Source of the DNA: Candidatus Latescibacterota bacterium
GTDB lineage: Bacteria > Latescibacterota > UBA2968 > GCA-2709665
Reading direction: 5' to 3'
DNA: 30,143 bases
Assembly (NCBI GenBank): GCA_963662665.2
Contig: CAXXJS010000042.1
Coordinates: forward strand, 1-30,143
Shown here one piece after another: positions 15,791-25,849 of this stretch. How positions within the stretch are numbered: the stretch's first letter is position 1; the number at the start of each line of letters is the position of its first letter. A program made the translations under genes and the position numbers. The notes under the pieces were generated by a model. That model did no database searches. It saw nothing but the letters and a program-made list of their open reading frames with translations, and was not told the origin of the DNA.

Positions 15791-16771
15791 CTACAGGATA
15801 CCCGCCGCCCGGAGAACCGTTTCCTGCACGATCAACTCATGATCCAGCGACCGGACCGGCGGTTTACCGTCCCTGATCTCCGCGACCATCGAGCGCAGGC
15901 TCCCGACGTACCTCGGTTCGACCTGAACCGGTACGGTCTGCCATCCCTCGTTGTAGCCGTCGCGGTTTTCGTCCAGACAAAGGCGTACCACCGGGTCCGG
16001 CTCGAGCGGCTCCATGACGATGCTCCCTCGCGTGCCGTAAACTTCGAACCGGCGCGACGGAAAGCCCGATACCTCGAGTGCGGAAGACTCGACGATCGCC
16101 ATTGCGTTTTCGTATTCAAAAACCGCCGCGGTATTGTCCCTGAACGCCGGCGCGGTGCCACGTTCGTTCCTGAGGAACGACGTCACGCGGTCAGGCCGTC
16201 CCAGAACCGCGACCACAACGTCCATCAGGTGACACAACAACTCAAAAAGAATGCCTCCTTTGTGTACGGCCAGGTCCTCACGTCTGGCGTCGTCAACCAG
16301 CGTGGACATCCGACCCCGAACGCTAAAAACGTCACCGAGTCTGCCGGATTTCACGCAGTCCAGAATCAATTGAAATCCGGCGTTGTACCGGAACATATAC
16401 CCCAATTGCAGCAGCAGACCCTTCTCCCTGGCCAGGGCCACCAGGTTCTGGAATTCCCCCCAACTGTCCCCGGCCGGCTTGTCCAGCCAGACATGCTTTC
16501 CGTGCTCCAGGGCTTCGCGGGCGAATCCCAGATTCTGCGCGATCGCGCCCTCCACTGCAATCGCCGCGATCGCTTCATCTCCGAGCATCTCCTCCCTGGT
16601 GTCGTACCAGTTAACGCCTTCGTACGCGGCCAATGCGCCCTTCTCAGCCCGTACGGACGGATCCGGCTCATACACGCCGCAGAAGTGTACGTCCGGGTTT
16701 GCCTTCAGTACCGCTGCCTTGCCAGCGGCGTGAGAATGCAGCACACCGCATTGTGCAAACCTGACTTTCAT
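15791..16771 (-). CDS. Gfo/Idh/MocA-family oxidoreductase
   Basis: ALEHGKHVWLDKP, LQLGYMFRYN, GGILFELLCHLMD, FEVYGTRGS; ATG 16771 with GGAGG RBS. Confidence 0.9.
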   Translation of the reverse strand: MKVRFAQCGVLHSHAAGKAAVLKANPDVHFCGVYEPDPSVRAEKGALAAYEGVNWYDTREEMLGDEAIAAIAVEGAIAQNLGFAREALEHGKHVWLDKPAGDSWGEFQNLVALAREKGLLLQLGYMFRYNAGFQLILDCVKSGRLGDVFSVRGRMSTLVDDARREDLAVHKGGILFELLCHLMDVVVAVLGRPDRVTSFLRNERGTAPAFRDNTAAVFEYENAMAIVESSALEVSGFPSRRFEVYGTRGSIVMEPLEPDPVVRLCLDENRDGYNEGWQTVPVQVEPRYVGSLRSMVAEIRDGKPPVRSLDHELIVQETVLRAAGIL

Positions 16772-16948
16772 TGTTACCTCCACCGGGAGACGACAGAGAG
16801 TATCCGCAGAAGGGCCATTGAGTTCTCTTCAAGCGAATTTACAGTGCTTGCCTTGTCTTGTGCTCCGGGAGCATCGGGGCACGCGCAGCCCCGGACAACG
16901 ATTAGATTCCCGCTGGTGAAATCTCTACACGTGTGAATCGACGTCATC

Positions 16949-17923
16949 CTAGAACGGGGTCTCCACACCCAGTTCCGCCGCAATCCATGCCAGATCCCTC
17001 TGGTGATCCGCGCCTATTGGAATCCCTTCAACAGCCCAGGCACGCTCCCGTTCCCACTCAAGTGCCCCCGGGAGCAGGGCGCGTCCCTCGCCCGGAAACG
17101 GCTGTAGTCCCCTCACCGCGGCTATGAAGTCATCCATCTGCCGACGAAATGCCTCCTGCGGCGCGAAGCCTGATATATCCACAGCCAGAAGAAACGACCC
17201 CTGGTTCACCGCCGGCCACTCCGGCTGCGCCTCATCAACCGTCTGAATCCCCGCCATCAGACCTCCCAGCGCGTGACAGACCGCACCAAGACCCAGACTC
17301 TTGAAAAAGGTTGATGGCAGACGATGGAAGACCGTCTCGAAGTCCGCGTTCTTGCCAAACGCGATTCCGGTTGACATATCCAGAACCAGCGGATGCTCAC
17401 TGCCCGACGGAATTGCGAAACTCATGGGCGAGGCGCCGTTTGCAGACATGATCCCGTGTGCCGGCGACCAATGCCGGACGTGCGACGACACCACGAATCC
17501 GGCCATTCCGGCGCATGAAATTATACGGGAATACTTTCCGGCCGCTCCAAAGTGGTGATGATTGCGGGTTGCAATCGCTGCGAGTCCCACTGCGCCGGCC
17601 TTCTCCACGGCGAGGCGGGCCGCCCGCCACGAGGCAAAATGACCCAGCCCTCCGTCCCCGTCAATCGTACCGGTAGTAGCGGTCTGATGGAGTGTGGATA
17701 CATCCGGGTTCGGATTCAGACCACCGTCACGCAGGAGAGGCAGGTAACGCGCCGACTGCCGCGTTCCGTGGCTGAACACACCGCGAATATCGGTACCAAC
17801 AAGGAGTTCGGCCATCAGCCGCGCCCGGTCGACGGACATTTCCACCCGCCGATACATCTCGAACACGAATTTCCTCATGTCCTCCGGCATCACCCGCACG
17901 AATTCCGCGGGAACGATATTCAC
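16949..17923 (-). CDS. Ldh_2 (type 2 malate/L-lactate dehydrogenase; ComC/AllD/YiaK/DpkA-like) oxidoreductase
   Basis: DIRGVFSHG, IDGDGGLG, NHHHFGAAGKY, PLVLDMST, LLPGALE. Confidence 0.88.
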   Translation of the reverse strand: MNIVPAEFVRVMPEDMRKFVFEMYRRVEMSVDRARLMAELLVGTDIRGVFSHGTRQSARYLPLLRDGGLNPNPDVSTLHQTATTGTIDGDGGLGHFASWRAARLAVEKAGAVGLAAIATRNHHHFGAAGKYSRIISCAGMAGFVVSSHVRHWSPAHGIMSANGASPMSFAIPSGSEHPLVLDMSTGIAFGKNADFETVFHRLPSTFFKSLGLGAVCHALGGLMAGIQTVDEAQPEWPAVNQGSFLLAVDISGFAPQEAFRRQMDDFIAAVRGLQPFPGEGRALLPGALEWERERAWAVEGIPIGADHQRDLAWIAAELGVETPF

Positions 17924-17964
17924 GCCATATCCCCCCTGGGACTGGTGGAAAAGGAGACAGGGAT

Positions 17965-18651
17965 CTACATGATCCCGAATTGTTCAAACGCGTCGCTTGC
18001 AGACATCCCGCTTTCAATCGCCTCCCGGACCCGGTTCTCGCCCCTTACTTTGTCCAGCGCCCGGCTAATGACGTCGGTCTCACCGACGGCCGGAACAATT
18101 ACCACGCCGTCCAGATCTCCGAACACGATATCACCCGGCGACACCTCGGCCCCATTTGAAAACGTAAGCGTACAGCGGTAGTCGACCACGCGCCCCCTCA
18201 CTCGCTGGTCCTGAGCGTATCGACCGGCACAAAACGTAGGAAAATTCAAATCCAGTATACCCCGGGTATCGCGACTGAATCCGTCAAGTACGGCGCCAGC
18301 CGCACCCAGCCTCATAGCCCGCGTACTCATCAACTCGCCCCAGAGTGCATAAGTGGCCGAGGCCCCCGTGCATATATAGACTTCGTTCGCGGCCAGATCA
18401 TCGACCGCCTCGAACATCAGACCGAACGGCCCGTCGCCCTCCCCGGACCGGATCGTCACGCCTGAAATATCGGCCTCGAGAACCGGCATCGCCCGACCCA
18501 CTACGACCATGTCTTCACGCAGCGGCTGAATCTTCGGCGGCAGAAACTGCCTGACGAGTCCCGCCGCGTCCATCACGTCGCCGACAACGGCGGTGAAAAG
18601 TTCACGCTTCATGAGCTCAAAAAGACTGGTATCGTCCCGCCACTCCGCCAT
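17965..18651 (-). CDS. RraA-family protein / HMG-CHA type class II pyruvate aldolase-like
   Basis: FTAVVGDVMD, VVGRAMP, ALWGELMSTRA, GAVLDGFSRD, VSPGDIVFGDLDGVVIVP; ATG 18651 with AGGAG RBS. Confidence 0.88.
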   Translation of the reverse strand: MAEWRDDTSLFELMKRELFTAVVGDVMDAAGLVRQFLPPKIQPLREDMVVVGRAMPVLEADISGVTIRSGEGDGPFGLMFEAVDDLAANEVYICTGASATYALWGELMSTRAMRLGAAGAVLDGFSRDTRGILDLNFPTFCAGRYAQDQRVRGRVVDYRCTLTFSNGAEVSPGDIVFGDLDGVVIVPAVGETDVISRALDKVRGENRVREAIESGMSASDAFEQFGIM

Positions 18652-18800
18652 AGCATCGTTCTCCTGTACTCCGTGTTTGCTCAAGTTTTCCAGAACGGGA
18701 CCGGGTGATCAGATGATTTGATTGAAAACCCTGGTATTCGATCGCCGGACGATCCCGCTACGGCAAGCATGTTCCGCGTCACAGTCGGATTCATGGGCGC

Positions 18801-21770
18801 CTACCATCCGGCTTCGCAGGTCCGCACGACGCGAAATTGCGCCCCCACATCAAAATCGTAAACAAACCCCTTTGAATAGTCCATTTCGTCGACCATTCCC
18901 CTCACGAAATCCACGTTCCCAAGGTCAATCAGCGTTTGGCCCTTCTCCCGTCGAATGTCTCGAATCCGGTAAGTCGAATCGCGTTCGTTGTCGTTGCGAA
19001 TGGAGATGAACCCACCGTTCAACGAATCCCCGGGCGGCTCGGCGGAAGTCAAGACCCGGCCCGGCTCGCAGGCGTCCACCCTGCCCCGCCATGCGGCGGA
19101 CGGCTTCCGGATGGATCGCTCGCGGGTGCCGAGTACTGTGCCCCCCACCAGCACGGCCCAACGTGCCGCGCCGTTCACCTCCGAAAACACTCCCAGCCTT
19201 CCGTCAAACATAATCCTACCGTCGACCTCAACGGAAGAGACGCCGTCGCCGAATATCAACGTATCGACCCGGCCGCCCGGCAGGTGAACTCTCAACGACC
19301 GGGCCGCGCCGGATACCTCAACTTCCTCGGCGAATTGCACGACGCGAACGCCCTTGTAGGCATCGATAAGACTCAGAAACGAAGAATCAAGCCCGTCGCC
19401 CCCCTCGTGCGCGGCCACTCCGTAGGTCAATCGCCTCGGGTTCCCCGGTTTGTTCTGCGGAGGGTCCCCGTGACACAGGGCCACTTCCCCCGGCGGATTG
19501 AAGAGACTCCAGCGCAAATGCACATCGGTCATCATCGGCTCGCCGGCAGCGCTGGAACGTGGTCCCACCTTCCAGGTATCTTTCACTCTCCAGTCCACCG
19601 ATACAACGGGATCAGGCGCCGGGCAACGCCGCACGTCATACAGATATTGGAAGCCGCTTCCCCTGTATCCGTTCAGGTCCACAACCGAGCCATCGTAAAA
19701 CTCGCCGAAACCGACGTCCCCGCCGGCGTAGGTTCCTTGAGCCTGCCTCTGCAGGTCCATACCCGCGGTTTCCACTCTACCCTCTGCCGCATGGAACAAA
19801 AAATGGTGTGAACGTCCGCCTGACACGCGGAAGAGATCCGCGACGTAGAAGTCCTCTTCCGATATCCGCACGAGAACGCTGCACCGTCCGTAGGATCGAC
19901 ACTGCGGATAGACGTCCGGAGAGGATACGGAGACCGCCTTGACGTTCTCCGAAAGACCCACAAAATCAACCTTTCCGGAATAGGTGCCTCTCTGTGGACT
20001 TCGATCCACCAATACCGTGTTGTGCGAAACCGTATGGTTTGTCCAGCCTGACCGTTTCGGCCAGACCCGTGCGTGTTCGGGGTATCCAAGATCCGGCAAC
20101 AGGTCCAGCCCGAAGCCGTAAAGACCCAGATTAAGACGGTCCGCGTGACCATGGCCCTTGTTGCGGCCGTAATACAACCACAAGGTCCGTTCGAACTCTC
20201 CCTGTCCGTCGCGCAGCAGGGCCAGGCCATATCCCGTCATTACATCGGATGCCAACCGGAGCGGACCGTCCCTGTCGACCGTTTCCGCGATCCGGACTCG
20301 TATCGCCTCCGGATCCGGATCCGTGATTTCACCGTGTATCTTTGACAGATCACCTTCTGCCAGATGAAATGCCGCCTGCGCCAGTTCCGGGTCGCCGAAC
20401 ATTTCGAACCCGTAAAGACACTGTTCCAGGTCCAGACCGCCCAGTCCGGGGCTTCCTGTACTGCCGCTGTCGCCAATGGAAGGAACAAAGCGGTTCAGCG
20501 CCGTCACACGCATAAACGCCAGGTACATCTGGCGGTATCGGGCGAAATCGGGAATCCTGTGACGCGAATATGACGGTCGTGACCGAAGGATCATCTCCAG
20601 CGACCGCATCCCAAGGGGCCACCGAAGCCACCCCAGGCTGTATCCGGGTGCGCCCTCGGATCCCACCCCGTCCCGATCGATCTCACGGGCGAAAAGCAGA
20701 GGAATGTGTCCGCCTGTGGGTTTCCGGCCCATCAGGAATCCCTCTTGAAAGATCCAATCCAACCGGTCATCCGAGCAATCGTCGTTCAATGCGACGGCCA
20801 ACAGGGCCATGGTAGCCTGATCGCCTGGCTCGTTATGATGAATGTCGCCCTGCAGAATGGCTTCGACACCTTCACGCAAGACATGGGTTTCAAAATGAGT
20901 GCACAACGCATCCTCGGTGTCCTGCTCCACCAGACGGTGGCGCAACTGTTTCGCCCGTAGAAATCGAAACAGCGGATCATCGTCCTTCCATGCGGTACGT
21001 ACCAGATCGAAACACTCGGCAAACGCCTTCAGGAGGCCGGGCTCCCAGATTCGGCCGAAGATCCGACCTCGACCGCTGAGTCCATCGGAATTGAAAAACC
21101 CGTGTTGCGCCCAAAATGACCAGTCCATTTCGGGGTAAACGTCGGCAATCCGGGCGAGCAGCACCCCCGCCTTGTGGGCGTAGATACCTTCGCCGGTGAG
21201 CAGAAAGGCCTCGCGGAGTGTCTGGCATGCCGAACTGATCTCGGACCAGATGCCATAGTGTGCATAAACCCCTACCAGTTTGAACGACTCACCATCTTCG
21301 TCCGTCCACCCCGTTCCATCGTCCACCGCGAACATGTGCTTCGTATCCTTCGGATCCGGATGGCTGGAATTGAAGAGCAACGTTCTATCCGCGCGCTCAG
21401 GGTCGAATAGTCCGTCTTCCGCGATCCCGCTCCGGTAATATGCCTGGAAATCGTTGGTGGGAAATCGGCCGTTACACGAAGGACATCTGATTTTCCACGG
21501 ATCCGCCAGCACATCGACATCGAATTGTCCGCCAAAACGATAGATCTCCTGACCACATTTCGGGCACCCCTTTTCAACGCTCGCATTCGTACTCCGACCA
21601 ATCATCTGCCCGGTCACCATCGTCCAGAGATCATCGTCGTCGAGTCGCACCCATCTTGCCGCCTTCGCCACGGCGGTATCCCGCCTGTCGGCCGCCCAAT
21701 CGAACCGCGTCACGTTTCGCCTGGCGTTTCTCACCTGCTCAGGCGTCACAAGTTGCCCGCCTTTTCTCAT
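18801..21770 (-). CDS. Heparinase II/III-like polysaccharide lyase (989 aa) with N-terminal CxxC...CxxC
   Basis: Helical N-half with AHKAGVLLARIADVYP, DGVGSEGAPGY and PSIGDS; C-half GHGHADRLNLGLY..DLLPDLGYP, HTVSHNTVLVD and YVADLFRV. Start ATG 21770 with GAGGAGG RBS; no signal peptide. Confidence 0.8.
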   Translation of the reverse strand: MRKGGQLVTPEQVRNARRNVTRFDWAADRRDTAVAKAARWVRLDDDDLWTMVTGQMIGRSTNASVEKGCPKCGQEIYRFGGQFDVDVLADPWKIRCPSCNGRFPTNDFQAYYRSGIAEDGLFDPERADRTLLFNSSHPDPKDTKHMFAVDDGTGWTDEDGESFKLVGVYAHYGIWSEISSACQTLREAFLLTGEGIYAHKAGVLLARIADVYPEMDWSFWAQHGFFNSDGLSGRGRIFGRIWEPGLLKAFAECFDLVRTAWKDDDPLFRFLRAKQLRHRLVEQDTEDALCTHFETHVLREGVEAILQGDIHHNEPGDQATMALLAVALNDDCSDDRLDWIFQEGFLMGRKPTGGHIPLLFAREIDRDGVGSEGAPGYSLGWLRWPLGMRSLEMILRSRPSYSRHRIPDFARYRQMYLAFMRVTALNRFVPSIGDSGSTGSPGLGGLDLEQCLYGFEMFGDPELAQAAFHLAEGDLSKIHGEITDPDPEAIRVRIAETVDRDGPLRLASDVMTGYGLALLRDGQGEFERTLWLYYGRNKGHGHADRLNLGLYGFGLDLLPDLGYPEHARVWPKRSGWTNHTVSHNTVLVDRSPQRGTYSGKVDFVGLSENVKAVSVSSPDVYPQCRSYGRCSVLVRISEEDFYVADLFRVSGGRSHHFLFHAAEGRVETAGMDLQRQAQGTYAGGDVGFGEFYDGSVVDLNGYRGSGFQYLYDVRRCPAPDPVVSVDWRVKDTWKVGPRSSAAGEPMMTDVHLRWSLFNPPGEVALCHGDPPQNKPGNPRRLTYGVAAHEGGDGLDSSFLSLIDAYKGVRVVQFAEEVEVSGAARSLRVHLPGGRVDTLIFGDGVSSVEVDGRIMFDGRLGVFSEVNGAARWAVLVGGTVLGTRERSIRKPSAAWRGRVDACEPGRVLTSAEPPGDSLNGGFISIRNDNERDSTYRIRDIRREKGQTLIDLGNVDFVRGMVDEMDYSKGFVYDFDVGAQFRVVRTCEAGW

Positions 21771-21816
21771 GCATACCTCCTCGTTCGAACCGGATCCCTG
21801 CGAAGGAGAATGCGAC

Positions 21817-21845
21817 AAGATACACGCGCCCCGCCCTATGATCAA
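21817..21845 (-). promoter_or_regulatory. Sigma70-type promoter for the lyase gene
   Basis: Minus strand TTGATC-N17-TATCTT, about 45 bp upstream of ATG 21770. Confidence 0.45.
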
Positions 21846-21965
21846 CGGTTTTGTTGCCGGACGCATCTTGACAGCCCTTTGAAACGTCCATCGGGCTGCG
21901 GTCTGCCTCGCCTTGCAGTGCGACTCTGTCAACGGACCGTCAGCCTGTAGCCCTGCCGATAGGGG

Positions 21966-21994
21966 TTGACTTGAGGTTTCCACCCAGCTATCAT
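21966..21994 (+). promoter_or_regulatory. Sigma70-type promoter for the rightward operon
   Basis: TTGACT-N17-TATCAT (5/6 and 5/6), followed by a GGAGGAG RBS and ATG 22033. Confidence 0.65.
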
Positions 21995-22032
21995 ATCGCC
22001 GGTCAGAAGTCTGCGCCACGGAGGAGCATCCC

Positions 22033-23436
22033 ATGCCCCATAGAGGTTTCTTCTCGTTCCGTACTCACGGCGGCGTCTGCGCCGGCGAGACATGGATTTA
22101 CGATCACGAAGAGCCCATTGCGCGCCTCGAAGACAAAGTGATCGAACAGCCTGAACAGAACCTGCGATATTTCAATGGAAACGCCAAACCCGTCAACCTG
22201 CGGGACCTGAAACTGGCCCCCGGTGGCCGCCCGCTCGTATGCGGCGTTCAGATGTTCTGGGTGTTCGAGCACCGTGTCCTCGCCACCACGAGTCTCATTG
22301 ACATCCAGGTCGAGGGCCAGGAAACCGACCGCCTTGTTCTGACGGTGATCACCGCAGACCCGGGCGGAGTGGCCACCTCGCGCCGTGTGCTGACGCTCAC
22401 CTACAACGCCGAGCTGGCGTCATATATCTACGACTTTAAAGCCCATCTGGATATCCACAGTCCGGAAGCGCTGGACAGCGAAGAAACCGTCCACTTCGAG
22501 TATTGCGACCCCTGGTACAATGACATCCCCGGCCCGACTGTCGAATTCCCGGGTATGTGGAAGAAACGGTACTCGCATCTCCTGGCCGAATCCGGCAACG
22601 GCGATATCTGGCAGATGCCGCTGAATCACATGGCAACGGGCATACCCGGTCCGGGGCCGCTAAAGCGTAACGGCACACTCGTTCTGGCCTACGATCCCGG
22701 AAACAACCCCGCTTTTCAATTCATGGGCGAAACCGCCGAACGAACATCGGTTGGCGTCTGCAACTGGGGATACGACGTCCATTTCGCCGGCCGGTACACC
22801 CGCGACGAACTCTACGAACCGTTGTGCCCTCATTTCCGCATCCGCCTCTGCCCGGACAACGAGACGAAGCGAATGTTGGCATGCGCCGGTCCGATTCCCA
22901 CAGTGACGTACAACGGCTTTGAAGAACTCCCGCTCTACGAACGCAGGACGAGTTTCGCCCGCGGATTACGGCTCGACGACCCCACGCCGTGTACCACCGA
23001 TCCCTGGCCATGGCTTCCCGAAGGAAAGGGTGCGGAATGGTGCAGGAATCAAGGACGCTCCGACCAATTCTCGCTTAAGATCAGCAAACTGACAGACGGG
23101 CCCACCGAGTGGATAATGGACCGCGAAAGCGACGGCGCCTGGACCGAACGCTGGACACTTTCCACAGGCTTTCGCATATCCGTGTACATCAGGACTGAAA
23201 ATGTCAAGGGGCGCGGCGCCTTTCTGGCCGTGCGCTGGGGCGTCTTCAACGAACCCGAGAAATATCCCTACATTTGTTCGCGAAAGCTCACGGGCTCCAA
23301 TGAATGGACGCAGGTCAGAGTGGACGTCCGCGGACCGTCGCCGCCAGACAGCGGTGCCGTCTACCTCATTTTGCGGCAGGATGGCAGCGGCACAAGCTGG
23401 TTCGACGACCTGGAAGTCGAACGCATTGGCGCGTGA
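22033..23436 (+). CDS. Hypothetical protein with C-terminal CBM4/9-like galactose-binding fold
   Basis: Strong RBS and promoter. C-terminal GRSDQFSLKI...FRISVYIRTENV...GSNEWTQV...GTSWFDDLEVE is a CBM-type beta-sandwich pattern. N-terminal domain not recognised. Confidence 0.7.
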   Translation: MPHRGFFSFRTHGGVCAGETWIYDHEEPIARLEDKVIEQPEQNLRYFNGNAKPVNLRDLKLAPGGRPLVCGVQMFWVFEHRVLATTSLIDIQVEGQETDRLVLTVITADPGGVATSRRVLTLTYNAELASYIYDFKAHLDIHSPEALDSEETVHFEYCDPWYNDIPGPTVEFPGMWKKRYSHLLAESGNGDIWQMPLNHMATGIPGPGPLKRNGTLVLAYDPGNNPAFQFMGETAERTSVGVCNWGYDVHFAGRYTRDELYEPLCPHFRIRLCPDNETKRMLACAGPIPTVTYNGFEELPLYERRTSFARGLRLDDPTPCTTDPWPWLPEGKGAEWCRNQGRSDQFSLKISKLTDGPTEWIMDRESDGAWTERWTLSTGFRISVYIRTENVKGRGAFLAVRWGVFNEPEKYPYICSRKLTGSNEWTQVRVDVRGPSPPDSGAVYLILRQDGSGTSWFDDLEVERIGA

Positions 23437-23480
23437 AACTACATACCGGGAAACACACGCGACGCCAACGCAGGGCAAAA

Positions 23481-24392
23481 ATGAACAGACCTCACGCGCC
23501 ATCGACGGTTGGATTCATCGGCCTTGGCGAAATGGGCAGCGGAATGGCCCGCAATGTAATAAAGGCGGGATTTCCACTGCTCGTCTACGACACGAGCAGG
23601 GAGGCATCGGATCGGATCGCCCGGTCGGGGGCGGACACGGCGGAGGATGTAGACCGGGTGGCGTGTATATGTGATCGAATCATCCTGATGCTTCCCGATA
23701 CCAGGACCGTGGAAAGTGTACTCTTCGGAGAAAAAGGCCTTCAACCTCTGCTGGAGGTCGGAAATATTGTCGTCGATTGCGGCACGACACATCCCGATTT
23801 TACCCGCGAGGCGTCACAGACTCTCGGCAATCTCGGCGTTCACTTTCTGGATGCGCCATGTTCCGGAATGAGCAGCCGCGCGGCCGATGGAACCCTTTCC
23901 CTGATGGTGGGCGGCAACAAAGGCGCGTTTTGCGCCGTCGAGCCACTCCTGAACGCCATGGGTTCGTCCATTTACTATATGGGCGGATCCGGTAACGGGC
24001 AGCTTGCCAAGATCATCAACAATACCCTCTTCAACGTCTCTTGCGCCGCGCTGGCCGAAATGCTCCCGCTTGCAGTCAGACTCGGCCTGAACGCGGAAAA
24101 GACGTGCGAAGCCGTGATGACCGGAAGCGGACAGAGTTACGGCTTCGACACCTTTGCGCCGCTGGTCCTCGAACGGAATTTCGGACCCGGATATCCTATG
24201 GCAAACGCACGCAAGGACATCGACGCCATTTCCGGGATACTGGAAAAAGAGGGGGTGAGCCTGCCCGTGGTCACCGCCGCAGCGAATACGTTTCGCGCGG
24301 CGCTGAACAGGGGTCTGGGAAACCTGAACAAAGGCGGAATGACCCGGGTCTGGGAGGAAATTCTGGGTGTTGAAGTCCGAAAAGATCCCTGA
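23481..24392 (+). CDS. Beta-hydroxyacid dehydrogenase (3-hydroxyisobutyrate / tartronate-semialdehyde reductase family)
   Basis: VGFIGLGEMGSGMARN, FLDAPCSG, GTLSLMVGG, catalytic GQLAKIINN, ARKD; start placed at ATG 23481. Confidence 0.9.
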   Translation: MNRPHAPSTVGFIGLGEMGSGMARNVIKAGFPLLVYDTSREASDRIARSGADTAEDVDRVACICDRIILMLPDTRTVESVLFGEKGLQPLLEVGNIVVDCGTTHPDFTREASQTLGNLGVHFLDAPCSGMSSRAADGTLSLMVGGNKGAFCAVEPLLNAMGSSIYYMGGSGNGQLAKIINNTLFNVSCAALAEMLPLAVRLGLNAEKTCEAVMTGSGQSYGFDTFAPLVLERNFGPGYPMANARKDIDAISGILEKEGVSLPVVTAAANTFRAALNRGLGNLNKGGMTRVWEEILGVEVRKDP

Positions 24393-24473
24393 ATCCGAAT
24401 CCCGGCCGGCGGCCGCAGACCTCGGAACCGCTCGGCGACCCCTTCGGCTGACCGCCGCGGGGCCATTCGTTAA

Positions 24474-25742
24474 ATGAAGACCAACACCGATATCCTGGTT
24501 ATTGGCGGCGGCTCCATCGGCGTCTGCTGTGCCCACTATCTGTCGGAAGCGGGCAAGGACGTTGTCCTCGTTGACAAAACCGACGTCTGCGCGGGCAGTT
24601 CCTACGGCAACCAGGGCCTGATCGTTCCCAGCCACAGCATTCCCCTCGCCGCTCCCGGCGTAATCGGCAAGGCATTCAGGTGGATGTTCGATCCTGAAAG
24701 CCCATTCTACATCAAGCCCCGCATGGACCTGGACCTCGCGAGGTGGCTGCTGGAATTTCAGGCGGCCTGCACCCGGGCGCGCATGCAACCGTCCCTTCTG
24801 GTCCTGAGGGATCTCAATCTGGCGAGCGTTGCGCTTTTCGCGGAAATCGCCGCCATCGACGGCCTGGATTTCGGGTTTGAGAAAAGAGGCGGCCTTATGG
24901 TTTACGGGACCGAAAAGGGGCTTGAGGGCGGCATCGAGGAGGCCGGCATCCTGTCTGAAAAGGGAATCCGGACAGAAATACTCGATCCGGGCGGCCTGCA
25001 AAGGCTGGATCCCACGGCCAACTACCACGCCGCGGGAGCCGTCTACTATCCGCAGGACGCCCACCTTGTTCCCGCGAAATTCGTAAGCGAACTCGCCCGC
25101 CATGTTGCTTCAAACGGTAAACGCGCCAAGATACATCCTTCGACGGAAGTGATCGGCTTCCGGCGACGGAATAGCCGGATCCGTACGGTCGTCACCACGC
25201 GGGGAGACTTCAACGCGAACGAAATCGTTCTCGCCGGCGGCGCCTGGTCGCCGGCCATCGCATCGGAACTCGGTTTGAACCTGCCCATACAGCCGGCCAA
25301 GGGTTACAGCGTCACCTTCGAACGGCCGGACCGCTGCCCCTCGATTCCCGCCTCGCTCTCGGAGGCCAAGGTGGCCGTTACTCCCATGGGCGACATGCTC
25401 CGCTTCGGCGGCACACTGGAATTGGCAGGAATGGACCTTTCTATCAACAAACGTCGCGTAGCGGCCATTCTCAAGGCCGTACCACACTATCTGCCTCACC
25501 TTAACCCGGACAACCTCAGACACATCGAAACCTGGCGGGGCCTACGGCCCTGCACCCCGGACGGCCTGCCTTTCCTGGGCCGCAGCCCTGCTTTCGAAAA
25601 CCTTACCGTTGCCGCCGGACATGCAATGATCGGGATCTCGCTTGGACCCGTCACCGGCAAGCTTGTCTCACAGGTGATCACAGGCCGGACGCCTTCCGTT
25701 GACCTCGAACCTCTGCGCGTCGACAGATTCGAAAAGCCGTAA
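24474..25742 (+). CDS. FAD-dependent D-amino acid dehydrogenase (DadA family)
   Basis: ILVIGGGSIG, GSSYGNQG, PLAAPG, IQPAKGYS, WRGLRPCTPDGLPFLG, GHAMIGISLGPVTG. Confidence 0.88.
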   Translation: MKTNTDILVIGGGSIGVCCAHYLSEAGKDVVLVDKTDVCAGSSYGNQGLIVPSHSIPLAAPGVIGKAFRWMFDPESPFYIKPRMDLDLARWLLEFQAACTRARMQPSLLVLRDLNLASVALFAEIAAIDGLDFGFEKRGGLMVYGTEKGLEGGIEEAGILSEKGIRTEILDPGGLQRLDPTANYHAAGAVYYPQDAHLVPAKFVSELARHVASNGKRAKIHPSTEVIGFRRRNSRIRTVVTTRGDFNANEIVLAGGAWSPAIASELGLNLPIQPAKGYSVTFERPDRCPSIPASLSEAKVAVTPMGDMLRFGGTLELAGMDLSINKRRVAAILKAVPHYLPHLNPDNLRHIETWRGLRPCTPDGLPFLGRSPAFENLTVAAGHAMIGISLGPVTGKLVSQVITGRTPSVDLEPLRVDRFEKP

Positions 25743-25849
25743 GCGTCCCGAGGAGACAACGGTGACGGATGCGCGCGCCCGCACGGCGCGGCCCGAATGC
25801 AGACGCCGATTTCGTTCATACGCATTGAACAACCGAAGAAAGGTCGCTT

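Noticed and set aside
21771-22034. 88-aa N-terminal extension of the lyase ORF in the track
   Set aside because: It spans the divergent promoter region. The strong RBS and promoter point to ATG 21770.
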